The notes under the pieces were generated by a model that was not told the origin of the DNA, made no database searches, and saw nothing but the letters and a program-made list of their open reading frames with translations. Below are positions 26,052 through 36,098 of a stretch of DNA of 64,000 nt, piece by piece (the first letter of the stretch is position 1; each line of letters opens with the position of its first letter). The position numbers and the translations under genes are program-made. Source of the DNA: Pseudomonadota bacterium (GTDB lineage: Bacteria > Bdellovibrionota > Bdellovibrionia > Bdellovibrionales > Bdellovibrionaceae); assembly GCA_041178425.1 (NCBI GenBank), contig JBEGVH010000009.1, forward strand, positions 64,001 through 128,000, in the 5' to 3' direction.

Positions 26052-27098
26052 CTATTTTAGCGCCTCTCTGATGATGGCAGAAGCTTGATCCATCGCCCAT
26101 ACCACCAAAGCAATAACAAGCACAATGGTGCCGACCTCGTTCCACATGGCTTGCCCCTGGTACTTTAACAACATAGTACCAATGCCCCCACCTCCCACAA
26201 ATCCAATAATCGTAGCCATCCTCACGTTGGTGTCCCAGCGGTAAACAGTAAACGAAATAAACGGCAAAACCACTTGTGGAACAATCGCAAACCATATGGT
26301 TTGAAGATGACTCGCTCCCGTCGATAAAATGCCGTCGATCGGCTCCTCGCTCACCGATTCAACCATTTCAGAGTACTGTTTTGCCAAAGAGGCTACCGAA
26401 TGAATCATCAGCGCCAACATTCCCGCAAAAGGACCAATCCCCACCCAAACAGAAAAGATTATAGCCCAGATCAGAGCCTCAACCGACCGAATGAAGTTAA
26501 GCAAGGTTCTCAAAATAAAATAAATTGAGCGGGCCACCGGATGCCGCATAATATTTTTGGCACATAAAAAACTCAATACGAAGGCCAATGGAATCGCAAA
26601 TATCGTAGCAACAAAAGCCATAAAAATCGTCACTAATACGTTGTAAATAGCTTGTGGTAATAATCTCCAGTTCGGTTGAAAGAGCGCCACGAAAAGATTG
26701 AAAGCTCCTTTCAACCCTCTTTCATCGAAAATTTCCCATAAGGTGGCTTTTGTGACAATAAGACCAACACCTGCTGCAACCACCAGGGTGACCACAGACT
26801 GGATTCCCCAAAACGACCGCCAAAACGGAAGAGGGCCTGATTGAGCAGAAGAGCTAGGCACTGCAAACAAAATTCGCCCAAGGGTGGAAATTTGTTTTCC
26901 TTCAAACAAAACACCAACTCCAAAACCAACGAGGGTCAAAAAAAGACCCGACCAACTTATCAGCGACACATAGGTCATAAAGAATTCCTCATCGGTGCCC
27001 CCAAGACCCAAAAAAATCGCCAACCCCAAGAAGGAGAGATTAAGAGCATCAAAAAGTAAAATTTGGTAATTTCTTTCCCACATAAAAACTCCCAACAA
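26052..27098 (-). CDS. phnE: Phosphonate/phosphate ABC transporter permease with N-terminal extension
   Basis: R....LIWAIIF..WVGIGPFAG, YRWDTNVR.ATIIGFVGGGGIG. Confidence 0.88.
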   Translation of the reverse strand: MLGVFMWERNYQILLFDALNLSFLGLAIFLGLGGTDEEFFMTYVSLISWSGLFLTLVGFGVGVLFEGKQISTLGRILFAVPSSSAQSGPLPFWRSFWGIQSVVTLVVAAGVGLIVTKATLWEIFDERGLKGAFNLFVALFQPNWRLLPQAIYNVLVTIFMAFVATIFAIPLAFVLSFLCAKNIMRHPVARSIYFILRTLLNFIRSVEALIWAIIFSVWVGIGPFAGMLALMIHSVASLAKQYSEMVESVSEEPIDGILSTGASHLQTIWFAIVPQVVLPFISFTVYRWDTNVRMATIIGFVGGGGIGTMLLKYQGQAMWNEVGTIVLVIALVVWAMDQASAIIREALK

Positions 27099-27106
27099 GA
27101 AAACAG

Positions 27107-27886
27107 CTAGTGCACTTGAACATCTCTCGCCCCTTCACCGTAGATCTTCTCAAACCACTTTTCGTCGATGGCCTGTGGCAAACCATCATAGACGATCACG
27201 CCGTCTTTGAGAGCTATTACTCGATCGGCGTATTCCCGCACTAAACTCAAAAAATGTAGGTTACAGACAATCGTGATACCTAATTCTTTATTGATAAACT
27301 TGAGATGCTCCATCACCGTATGACAAGTGGCTGGGTCTAAGCTAGCCACGGGCTCGTCAGCCAAAATAATCTTTGGGTCTTGTGATAAAACGCGAGCAAT
27401 GGCAACCCTTTGCTGTTGCCCACCCGACAAGCTATCAACTCTTAAATAGGCTTTATCAGCAATACCCACCAACCTGAGATATTCATGAGCTTTCGACACT
27501 TCTCTTTTGTTAAAAAGGCCACACACGCTCCGAAAAAAAGACAAATAAGCCAATCGCCCCATGAGAACATTTTTAATCACCGTAAATCGAGGCACTAGAT
27601 TAAAATGCTGAAAGATCATCCCGATCTGACGGCGCAAATCTCTCACGGCAGGTCCTTTCAACGTCGTGACATCGGTGGTTCCGTTAAACACGATGACGCC
27701 GCTCGAGGGATCCAGTAGCCGATTCAAGCATTTTAAAAGAGTCGACTTCCCCGATCCCGATAAACCAATGACAACCAAAAACTCCCCCTCATAAACGTCA
27801 AAACTTAACCCCCTCAACGCTCTAACGCCATTTGGAAATATTTTTGTAAGATCTCGAACAGACAAAATCACTCTACTGCTTTTCAT
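27107..27886 (-). CDS. phnC: Phosphonate ABC transporter ATP-binding protein
   Basis: GLSGSGKST, LSGGQQQRVAIAR, ILADEPVASLDP. Confidence 0.92.
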   Translation of the reverse strand: MKSSRVILSVRDLTKIFPNGVRALRGLSFDVYEGEFLVVIGLSGSGKSTLLKCLNRLLDPSSGVIVFNGTTDVTTLKGPAVRDLRRQIGMIFQHFNLVPRFTVIKNVLMGRLAYLSFFRSVCGLFNKREVSKAHEYLRLVGIADKAYLRVDSLSGGQQQRVAIARVLSQDPKIILADEPVASLDPATCHTVMEHLKFINKELGITIVCNLHFLSLVREYADRVIALKDGVIVYDGLPQAIDEKWFEKIYGEGARDVQVH

Positions 27887-27891
27887 GACGT

Positions 27892-28794
27892 TTACTTTTC
27901 CATAACTTGGGCAGAAATCTTACCCAACTCAAAAACTGATTGATAATCGCTATCTGAAGCTTCTCTCAAATCATCAACACCATAAATTATTTTAAAGGCC
28001 TCTCGACCCTCGCTGGTTTTTATATAATTTAAAAAAGCCTTTACAATGGTTTGCTTAAAGCCTTCGGGAAGGCTCGCTCTAAAAACTATTGGATCGTTGG
28101 GAATAGGTTCGGATAATGCAATAATACGAACCTTTTGTTCTACATCGGGATACTGAGTTAATACTAAACGACGGGCGTCTTCAATTTTGCCATTGAATGC
28201 AGGTGTGTGAAATGTTGCACCAGCATCCACTTGATCGTTATAAACCATCGAAACCACATTATCGTGCTTCATCGCAAAAACCACTTCTCCTGGCACGATG
28301 CCTCGATCTCGGAGCATTTTTAAAGGCAACAAGTAGCCCGACGCTGAGGAGGGATCAACAAAAGCGACTTTTTTTCCGCGAAGATCTTCAAGTGTTTTTA
28401 TTTTGCTCTCCGTTCGCGCCAAGAACTGAGATTGATAAGTGTTGCTTCCGTGCCTCAGCACCATGAGCCTCGCCTCTGCGCCGTACTTTGAATGAGCTTT
28501 AAAATATCCAAAAGAATTAAGAGCCGCTACATCTGCTCGATCGGTACCAAAAGCCTCAACCACGGCAATATAATTCTGAGGAATTGAAACCTCGAATTTA
28601 TAGCCCGTCTCATGCTCGAGAAACGCTTTAATTTTTTTTGAAGAATCCTCGATCACCTTAACATCAACAGAGGGCACAAAAAAAAGTTTGATGGGATTTT
28701 CACTGCTACCACTTTCGGCTCGTTTTTTTGTGCAACCATTCAAAGAAAAGACTATGGCGAAAACTATTATCGTTGTAAAAAATCGATCACCCAT
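27892..28794 (-). CDS. phnD: Phosphonate/phosphate/phosphite ABC transporter substrate-binding lipoprotein
   Basis: Lipobox LNGC, VDPSSASGYLLP, HDNVV, IPND. Confidence 0.88.
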   Translation of the reverse strand: MGDRFFTTIIVFAIVFSLNGCTKKRAESGSSENPIKLFFVPSVDVKVIEDSSKKIKAFLEHETGYKFEVSIPQNYIAVVEAFGTDRADVAALNSFGYFKAHSKYGAEARLMVLRHGSNTYQSQFLARTESKIKTLEDLRGKKVAFVDPSSASGYLLPLKMLRDRGIVPGEVVFAMKHDNVVSMVYNDQVDAGATFHTPAFNGKIEDARRLVLTQYPDVEQKVRIIALSEPIPNDPIVFRASLPEGFKQTIVKAFLNYIKTSEGREAFKIIYGVDDLREASDSDYQSVFELGKISAQVMEK

Positions 28795-28901
28795 AGAGCC
28801 CCCTTAGAAATCGTTTTAACAAGGGGACTCGAGGACTCCAAGGCGCCGACAATTTTTGTCTCGAGCAGGGAGAGCTTTGCTGCGCCGAGCACAGAGGACG
28901 C

Positions 28902-29477
28902 TTAGGGGCACTTGTTTTGTAAAGTGGCCAATTTTTGTTCGACGCTCGGCCACGCCAGTAATAATGACGCCAAGATTAAAGAGTGAGTCAATTCGCCTCT
29001 CTGAATTTTTTCTCTCAACTCTTCGAGGCTCACTAAATCAATTTCCATGTCTTCAAACTCATCCCAATCAGGCTCAGAAACTCGCTCACAATTGGTAAAT
29101 ACGTAGGTGAAAAGTCGATTGCTTTGAAGTGCAGGATTAGGAAAGTGATCCATCGCAAAAATTGTCTCACCAGCGGAAAACCCAGTCTCCTCAAGGAGTT
29201 CGCGGCGCGCCGCCACTTCAGGATTTGCATCGGCGCGATCAATCGCTCCTCCTGGAATTTCAATTGTCACTATTTTTGCAGCGTGCCTATATTGACGCAC
29301 TAATATTATTTTTCCGTCTTTGGTAATCGCCACCACATTCACCCAATCTCGCACATCGAGGATGTAATAATTTGGCATTATGCGCCCATTTTCGACCTCA
29401 CAAACCTCTTTACGAAAATTGGCATAATTAGATTGAAAGAGCGTAAGCGACTCAAGTGTTTTCCATTTTTTCATCAT
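28902..29477 (-). CDS. NUDIX hydrolase (ADP-ribose pyrophosphatase-like)
   Basis: Nudix box GAID...AARRELLEETG; VRQYRH. Confidence 0.9.
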   Translation of the reverse strand: MMKKWKTLESLTLFQSNYANFRKEVCEVENGRIMPNYYILDVRDWVNVVAITKDGKIILVRQYRHAAKIVTIEIPGGAIDRADANPEVAARRELLEETGFSAGETIFAMDHFPNPALQSNRLFTYVFTNCERVSEPDWDEFEDMEIDLVSLEELREKIQRGELTHSLILASLLLAWPSVEQKLATLQNKCP

Positions 29478-29659
29478 TTCCCCTCTGAAAACTGAAAAGA
29501 TCTCTGAATTATAGACAATTGATTAAAATGATTCTATCTAGAATTTAACGAATCTTCAGTAAATAAGGATTGGACTCAAGACAGGTTTCTTTTGTACCAT
29601 AAAAGATAACGCTCAAAATCAGGACGAGCAGAAACATTTTTTTGAGGAATGTAGGACTT

Positions 29660-30880
29660 ATGAAAAAGAAATTTTTATTAGGACTACTCATCGCTTTTGT
29701 CGGCATTGTTACCTTCAAATCTCAGGCGCCGCAAGAGATGAGTCCCTTAATAGACTCTGAAAATATTGATGCAAACTCTGAGTTTCCGTACTCAGTAAAA
29801 AAGAATGCAACGCTTTCAACCGAACTTATGTCCCATGGCTTTACGGGTCAAGATGTTCAACAAATCCTTAAGCTTTCTAAACCCCATTTTAATCTTGCGA
29901 AACTCCCTCAGGGATTAAGATACCGCTTAATGTACTCTCCGAGCCCTATTCTTTCTTGGGGCTCTATCGAGTTTCAACTTTCAAAAACGAAAAGCTTATT
30001 GTTTACCTCTGTCGAAAAAAATGTGTGGTCGGTAAAACTAAATGAGAAAAAAGTAGAAGTCCGGCTCGTTCACTTTATGGGAAATGTTCGCAGTTCACTT
30101 TGGGAGTCTGCTCGTCTCGCCAAGATGAGCCCGGCTTTAATTGCACAACTCACTGATATTTTTAGTTGGGATCTTGATTTTTCACGTCAAGTCACCGAGG
30201 CGGATTCATGGCGCCTCACCGTGGAGCAACTCACCTCGAATGGTCGTGTGATTGGTTGGGGTCGTATCATTGCGGCCGATTACAATAACAATGGCAAAAG
30301 CTACCATGCCTTTTATTACGACAAGCCTGGCCGTCTAAGTGGTTATTTTGATCTACAGGGTCGATCATTGGCGAGAAGTTTTTTGCGAGCACCTATTGAG
30401 TTTGCGCGCATTTCTTCTGGATTTAGTTTGCGTCGGTTTCATCCAAAGTTAAAAATCTTTCGCCCCCACTTAGGCGTTGATTATGCCGCTCCACGAGGAA
30501 CACCTGTTCGTGCCCTAGGCGATGGAGTGATTGCTCAAGCCAATTACTCAGCCAGTGGTGGCAATACCGTCGCTCTTGTTCATAACAACGGAACATTCAA
30601 AACGCGCTATCTACACCTCAATGGCTTTGCCCCAAGGATCCGAACTGGAAGCCATGTAAAGCAAGGGCAAGTGATTGGCTATGTGGGATCGACAGGTCTT
30701 TCTACGGGCCCTCATTTGCATTTTGAGTTTTATAAAAACAATCGCTACGTCGACCCTTTAAGAGTTGAACTTCCTGCCAGCGAGAGCATTCCCAGCGACC
30801 TTCTCGCTGAATTCGAAGTGCAATCCGCGCTCAGATTGAATGATCTTCCCCCGTTCCCTCGAACCGTTGCTAGCAACTAG
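29660..30880 (+). CDS. M23 family peptidoglycan endopeptidase (MepM/OapA-like)
   Basis: HLGVDYAAP, YLHL, STGPHLHFE; signal or TM N-terminus. The ATG at 29660 after AGGA is preferred. Confidence 0.9.
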   Translation: MKKKFLLGLLIAFVGIVTFKSQAPQEMSPLIDSENIDANSEFPYSVKKNATLSTELMSHGFTGQDVQQILKLSKPHFNLAKLPQGLRYRLMYSPSPILSWGSIEFQLSKTKSLLFTSVEKNVWSVKLNEKKVEVRLVHFMGNVRSSLWESARLAKMSPALIAQLTDIFSWDLDFSRQVTEADSWRLTVEQLTSNGRVIGWGRIIAADYNNNGKSYHAFYYDKPGRLSGYFDLQGRSLARSFLRAPIEFARISSGFSLRRFHPKLKIFRPHLGVDYAAPRGTPVRALGDGVIAQANYSASGGNTVALVHNNGTFKTRYLHLNGFAPRIRTGSHVKQGQVIGYVGSTGLSTGPHLHFEFYKNNRYVDPLRVELPASESIPSDLLAEFEVQSALRLNDLPPFPRTVASN

Positions 30881-30885
30881 TCACC

Positions 30886-31650
30886 ATGCTTTTTGTTGTT
30901 TCTACCCCTATTGGCGACCTCAAAGATATTAGCCTTCGCGCCCTTGATGTGCTTGCGGAGGCAGACATTGTCATTGGTGAAGAACGTCGCGAGGCTTCAA
31001 CACTTCTGAAGCGACTTAAAATCATAGAAAAACCACTTTATCTTTTGAATGAGCACTCCACCGAGGAGGACCTAAGAGAATTGACAGAGCTTTGTAAACA
31101 AAAAAAAGTGGCCCTCATCTCTGATTGCGGAACACCTTCGTTTTACGATCCAGGTTTTCAACTGGTACATAAATGCAGGCAAAATCAAATTCCTGTCACA
31201 TCCGTGCCCGGAGCTTCAAGCTTAATGACCCTCTTGAGTTTGGTATCAGAAAAGATACCCCAATTTTATTTTGCAGGTTTTCTCTCTGCCGACAACGAAG
31301 CTCGCACACTCCAATTAAAATCCCTCGTCACCAAGCGAGAACCCGTTGTTTTAATGGACACCCCTTACCGGCTTCATAAGCTCCTGGCGGAACTAAAAGA
31401 CTTTTGTGCCCATCGCAAGGTGCTGTTAGGCCTTGATCTTACACAATCTACCGAGCTCACGCTCGAGGGGCGAGCCGAAGACCTTCTCGCGGTTCTTGCA
31501 TCACGCAACATTGAAAAAGCCGAATTTATTCTCCTACTTTATGCCAGTGACACAAAGACTTTCAATAATGAATCTCGTTCTTCTTTTTCTAAAAAGGCCG
31601 GGCCTTACCAAAAAACACTTAACAAAAATAAAAATTACCGACGCCGCTAA
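30886..31650 (+). CDS. rsmI: 16S rRNA C1402 2'-O-methyltransferase
   Basis: LFVVSTPIGDLKDIS.RA, ISDCGTP..DPG, PGASS. Confidence 0.88.
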   Translation: MLFVVSTPIGDLKDISLRALDVLAEADIVIGEERREASTLLKRLKIIEKPLYLLNEHSTEEDLRELTELCKQKKVALISDCGTPSFYDPGFQLVHKCRQNQIPVTSVPGASSLMTLLSLVSEKIPQFYFAGFLSADNEARTLQLKSLVTKREPVVLMDTPYRLHKLLAELKDFCAHRKVLLGLDLTQSTELTLEGRAEDLLAVLASRNIEKAEFILLLYASDTKTFNNESRSSFSKKAGPYQKTLNKNKNYRRR

Positions 31651-31739
31651 ACGAAAAGTTCAAACTACTTTGACAGACCCGATTGTATTCGGCCAAATAA
31701 AACTATTCAAAACCGTCGAACCTCAATTTAGGATTTTTT

Positions 31740-34217
31740 TTGGTGCAAAATCTACCCATCGACCAGTTTCTCTCCGAGATCTCTTCGAACCTTAAACAGG
31801 TCGATAATCTCGTGCTGATTGCTTCACCTGGAGCGGGTAAAACAACGAGAGTACCGCCAGAGCTGGTCAATCTCACTCCAAAAAAAATTCTTATGCTCCA
31901 ACCGCGGAGAATTGCCGCACGTGCCTCAGCCGAAAGAATTGCCAAAGAGAATCATTGGCGACTGGGCGAATACATTGGATACCGAGTTCGGTTTGAAGAT
32001 TGCACAACCCCCGAATCAAAAATTATTATTGTTACCGAGGCTCTTCTCTTAAGAGAGCTTCTAAAAGATCCTGAACTCTCGGAGTACGGTATTATTATTT
32101 TTGACGAGTTCCACGAGAGAAACCTCTACTCGGACTCTGGCTTGGCAGCAGTGAGAGAGCTTCAACAGCTTTCTCGGCCTGATTTAAAAATAATAGTGAT
32201 GTCGGCCACGATCGACGCAAATCCGCTCCTGAGCTACCTTAATCCTGCCCGTTTAATTGAGGTTCCCGGTCGTACATTCCCAGTAGACATTTTCTACGAT
32301 CAGCAATCCCAACTGCTTAATACCGATCGCCTCTTTATAGAACGGGTGACAAACAAAATCGTGGAGGCCCATTCGAACACTGAACAAGATAAACATATTT
32401 TAGTTTTCTTGCCTGGCTTAAGTGAAATTCAGCGAGTGGAAGAAGCTTTAAAAAATAAACCCAACTTGGTGGCACAAAGAAGACTTTGCCGACTCCACGG
32501 TAGCCTTTCCCTCGATGAGCAACACTCGGTACTCCAAACCGATGATGCAAAGATCATCCTCGCCACGAATGTGGCCGAAACCAGTCTAACAATCGATGGC
32601 GTAACAACGGTAGTTGATAGCGGTCTAGCCAGAGAACTCCAAAATGATCAACGCCGTTTGTATCCTTGGCTAAAGACCACTCGTATCAGTCGCGCTTCGG
32701 CCGAACAACGAAAGGGCCGAGCCGGCCGTCAAAACGCTGGCCGCTGTTATCGGTTATGGACCAAACTCGATGATCAATCCATGCCCCCTTTTGCTGCCCC
32801 TGATATTTTAACTCAAGATTTAAGTGAACTCCTGCTCGTGCTATTGCAACTCGGAGTCTCGGATCCACAATCCTTTACCTGGTTCGAACAACCGCCTCAA
32901 ATAAACCTAGAGAGATCCCTTCAGTTTTTATTACAACTAGAGTTGATTGCTAAAAAAGAGAATATTTTTGAGCTTACAGAAAAAGGCCGCTGGATTCAGC
33001 GATTGCCATTGAATCCACGCTTGGGAGCTGTTCTCTATCAGGGTGCTCAGACACAACAAATTATTTTAGCGGCCCAGATTGGTGCCCTATTGAATGAACG
33101 TGATCCCTGGGGAAGAGAGTCTCTCGATTCGTGGCAATCGAGCAGTGAGGATTCTGATTTGATTCCGCGCTTGTCGGCCCTCAACCAAAAGCCTCTCCCT
33201 AGAGAATTTTCGCTCGTTGAAAAAGTCGCCCAACAACTCTGCCGACAACTCTCCGTCGCCTATCGAAAACTCGATCATTTTTCGGTGCAGGAGATTACTG
33301 ATCTTTTAATCTCTGGTTTCGCAGATCGTATCGGCCGTCGTCGCCGCTCAAAGGAAACGGCGGGGCTCGTGATTGGCCAAAGGGGGGTCGAGCTTTCACA
33401 ACGCTCTTTAGTTAGAGCCGCAGACTTTTTCATTTCTCTGACGGGCCACGCCAACGAATCCAATGGCAATGCGGTTGTTGATCTCGCTCACCCATTAACT
33501 AAAAGCTATTTGATTCAAAAATTCTCAAATCGAATTCAATTAAAAAAGGAAGCACAATTTTTTCCAGAAAAAGACTCCTGGATGAGCGTCGAACAAAAGA
33601 CCCTCGACGATCTTCCCATCGAAGAGCCCTCCTTTAGACCCCTTGAGCTCAATAGCGAAAACCTGATACCGATTGCCAAAGACGCCTTTCAAAAGTGGAA
33701 GCAAACCTTACCTATCCTGGTTCAGCTCTTCGAACGTCTCCAATGGGCCAAGCGCCTTTGGCCTGATAAGAACTGGCCCGAAGGAGCCCAATGGGAAAAT
33801 GATTTGATTGAGATGGCTTGTCTTGGAGAAACAAGTCTTCAAGCCATCAAAGACAAAGATTGGAACGACCTACTATTGCTTCAACTCTCGGCCTCAGAAA
33901 AAAGACTCTTGCGTGACGAACTTCCGGAGAAACTTGTCTCTCCACGAGGACGCCCCTTCTCGTTAGTCTATGAAACTAACGGAAACGTGAGTGTCGAATT
34001 GAAGATTCAAGAGGCCTATGGCTGGAAAGACACTCCAACCATTGCTCAAACTCGCGTGAAGGTTCGCATGATCTTACTAGGACCACACATGCGCCCCTTA
34101 CAAACCACCGACGATCTTGCCTCGTTCTGGAAAGGCACTTACCAAGAGCTCCGCCCTTCACTCAAAGCCAGATACCCCAAACACCAGTGGCCCGAAGACC
34201 CATCGGCATTAGGATAA
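31740..34217 (+). CDS. hrpB: ATP-dependent helicase HrpB
   Basis: PGAGKTT, DEFHER, MSAT, ATNVAETSLTIDG, QRKGRAGR, C-terminal RYPKH.WPEDP. Confidence 0.95.
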   Translation: MVQNLPIDQFLSEISSNLKQVDNLVLIASPGAGKTTRVPPELVNLTPKKILMLQPRRIAARASAERIAKENHWRLGEYIGYRVRFEDCTTPESKIIIVTEALLLRELLKDPELSEYGIIIFDEFHERNLYSDSGLAAVRELQQLSRPDLKIIVMSATIDANPLLSYLNPARLIEVPGRTFPVDIFYDQQSQLLNTDRLFIERVTNKIVEAHSNTEQDKHILVFLPGLSEIQRVEEALKNKPNLVAQRRLCRLHGSLSLDEQHSVLQTDDAKIILATNVAETSLTIDGVTTVVDSGLARELQNDQRRLYPWLKTTRISRASAEQRKGRAGRQNAGRCYRLWTKLDDQSMPPFAAPDILTQDLSELLLVLLQLGVSDPQSFTWFEQPPQINLERSLQFLLQLELIAKKENIFELTEKGRWIQRLPLNPRLGAVLYQGAQTQQIILAAQIGALLNERDPWGRESLDSWQSSSEDSDLIPRLSALNQKPLPREFSLVEKVAQQLCRQLSVAYRKLDHFSVQEITDLLISGFADRIGRRRRSKETAGLVIGQRGVELSQRSLVRAADFFISLTGHANESNGNAVVDLAHPLTKSYLIQKFSNRIQLKKEAQFFPEKDSWMSVEQKTLDDLPIEEPSFRPLELNSENLIPIAKDAFQKWKQTLPILVQLFERLQWAKRLWPDKNWPEGAQWENDLIEMACLGETSLQAIKDKDWNDLLLLQLSASEKRLLRDELPEKLVSPRGRPFSLVYETNGNVSVELKIQEAYGWKDTPTIAQTRVKVRMILLGPHMRPLQTTDDLASFWKGTYQELRPSLKARYPKHQWPEDPSALG

Positions 34218-34275
34218 GAGCAAACCTCCTCAAAAGGAGGAATTCAGGCTCCGACGAGCAAGAGACGTTGGTAGA

Positions 34276-36096
34276 TCACAATTTGCCTTGAGTCATGGAA
34301 CAAGAGCCCCACGTCTCCTTGGTTTCGGGAATGCATTCTAACAAGTTGGAAATTTCGCGATTATAAAGAGCCAAGCGGCGCATGCGGCTTTCTGGGTGCG
34401 GAGCAATCGAGTAGCTTTTTTCGATGTTTAAGAGGGTGCCGGCTTCTTGCCGCACGCTCGGGCGATCGCAGAGATCAGCCAAGGCTAAGGCTGACGCCTC
34501 CCGTTTTTCTTCGAGCTTTGATTTCGTCTTCAAGAAGCGTTGAAATAACCGAAACGACATCCAATCTGCAAACTTCTCATCGATGTTTCGGGCCATTCCG
34601 TTGCGCACAAAAGCAGGACAATATTGACCACAAGAATAATAGATCTCTTCGAGAAGGAGGACCAAGACGTGTTGAGTGGTTTCGATAGAAGATCGAAATA
34701 CTTGTTCTCGTTCACCAAGGCTTTTTTTTGTGAAGTATTCGGTAATTGGCACCTCACTTTTTTTTGCTTCGTGCTCACAACGAATGGCTTGGTAAAAAAT
34801 TTCTGCTGTCGCCGGATGGGATCTCGTTTTCTTATTGTTCGGGGTATAGCCCTTGCTTGACATCTCTGATGCAAAAACATCGGGATCCAAGAAGAAGGGA
34901 TTCTTTTTTTCGCGACCAAACTCTTCGTAATTTGGGATGACCATAGAACTAAACAAGTTACGATTAGATAAAAAATCCATCGAATCAACGATGTCTTCTT
35001 CAATTTTACGACTCACCTCCATCGGATCAAAAGCTTTCTTGAGCGGCCGGCCTTCATCTAAACAATCTGCTAAACTATCAAAAGGGAGAGCCTTTTTTAC
35101 TTTTTCAATCTTGGCAACTTCAAGCTCAGTCACCATTTTGTTCCACTGGTCGCAAGTCAAAGGTTTGTTTTTCACCCCAATCAGCGGTCGTAGAACTTTG
35201 GTTCTTGGCCCATTTTCTTTGAGCCAAGCCAAATTATAACTCGAGGGATCCACACTGTGCGATAACTCGTGAGCAAGAATAATATAAATCGCAGATTCTG
35301 ACTTCAAACTATTGAAGAGTCCCGCACAAACCGTAATTTTATTATAACTTGGGTGATAATAGGCATTAATAGTCGATTCGGCACAGTCTTTACGCCCATC
35401 GAAAGTTTCGAGATCTTGAAAAGGCAGAGTCAACTCAACCCGTTGAACTCTTGCAATAAGAAAATTCTTAAAATCCTCCGCAAAAGGAAACTCAGTCACT
35501 TCACTGATCAGATCCTTTTTGATCCCCTCAAAAAATTTTTTCACTCGCAACCAATGAGGATGCTTATCATACTTGGCCAATGTGATTTGATCGACCAATT
35601 GATAGTACTCTCTGTTGATCAAACTGTTTTCTATTTGTGTTCTATCGGCCAAGCGAGTTTTCCGAAGCTCAGGAGATTTCTTGATGGCTCTATCCTGTGC
35701 CACATCAGAAAGCATCTGATTCCAGAGGGTCTCCCAACGATGATACTGTCGGGCCCATTGAATCGTTTCAGACTCCGATTTTAAAATCATCGAAAGACGC
35801 GCTATTAAGGGAGCGGCCTGTTTTTTTAGATCTTCGGGCAGAGAAGATTCAGCGGTGATTAAGGCCCGCAGATCTGTCAGAGTTGAAAGGTTCACGAGCC
35901 GACTTTTCTTTGATCGTCCGAGCATGATTTCGCCATCGAAGGCAGAGAGATTTCCTTGGTGTTTGGCATCCCAAAGTTGGTTACAAAGATCGTCGGTGAT
36001 CGAGGAACAGAGTGGTTTCTGTTTAACAGACGCCTCTGCCCCCGTAACCATTGAAAACAATAGAATCAAACATCCAATTAAAACAGTCGATCTCAT
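34276..36096 (-). CDS. Secreted gluzincin metallopeptidase (M13-like motifs)
   Basis: Signal peptide, INAYYHP..N.I, AHELSH, distal EKFAD; Cys-rich. Confidence 0.7.
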   Translation of the reverse strand: MRSTVLIGCLILLFSMVTGAEASVKQKPLCSSITDDLCNQLWDAKHQGNLSAFDGEIMLGRSKKSRLVNLSTLTDLRALITAESSLPEDLKKQAAPLIARLSMILKSESETIQWARQYHRWETLWNQMLSDVAQDRAIKKSPELRKTRLADRTQIENSLINREYYQLVDQITLAKYDKHPHWLRVKKFFEGIKKDLISEVTEFPFAEDFKNFLIARVQRVELTLPFQDLETFDGRKDCAESTINAYYHPSYNKITVCAGLFNSLKSESAIYIILAHELSHSVDPSSYNLAWLKENGPRTKVLRPLIGVKNKPLTCDQWNKMVTELEVAKIEKVKKALPFDSLADCLDEGRPLKKAFDPMEVSRKIEEDIVDSMDFLSNRNLFSSMVIPNYEEFGREKKNPFFLDPDVFASEMSSKGYTPNNKKTRSHPATAEIFYQAIRCEHEAKKSEVPITEYFTKKSLGEREQVFRSSIETTQHVLVLLLEEIYYSCGQYCPAFVRNGMARNIDEKFADWMSFRLFQRFLKTKSKLEEKREASALALADLCDRPSVRQEAGTLLNIEKSYSIAPHPESRMRRLALYNREISNLLECIPETKETWGSCSMTQGKL

Positions 36097-36098
36097 GC

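Noticed and set aside
34225..34240. Hairpin CCTCCT-CAAA-AGGAGG between convergent hrpB and the peptidase gene
   Set aside because: Only a 6-bp stem with no convincing U-tract; too weak to call a terminator.
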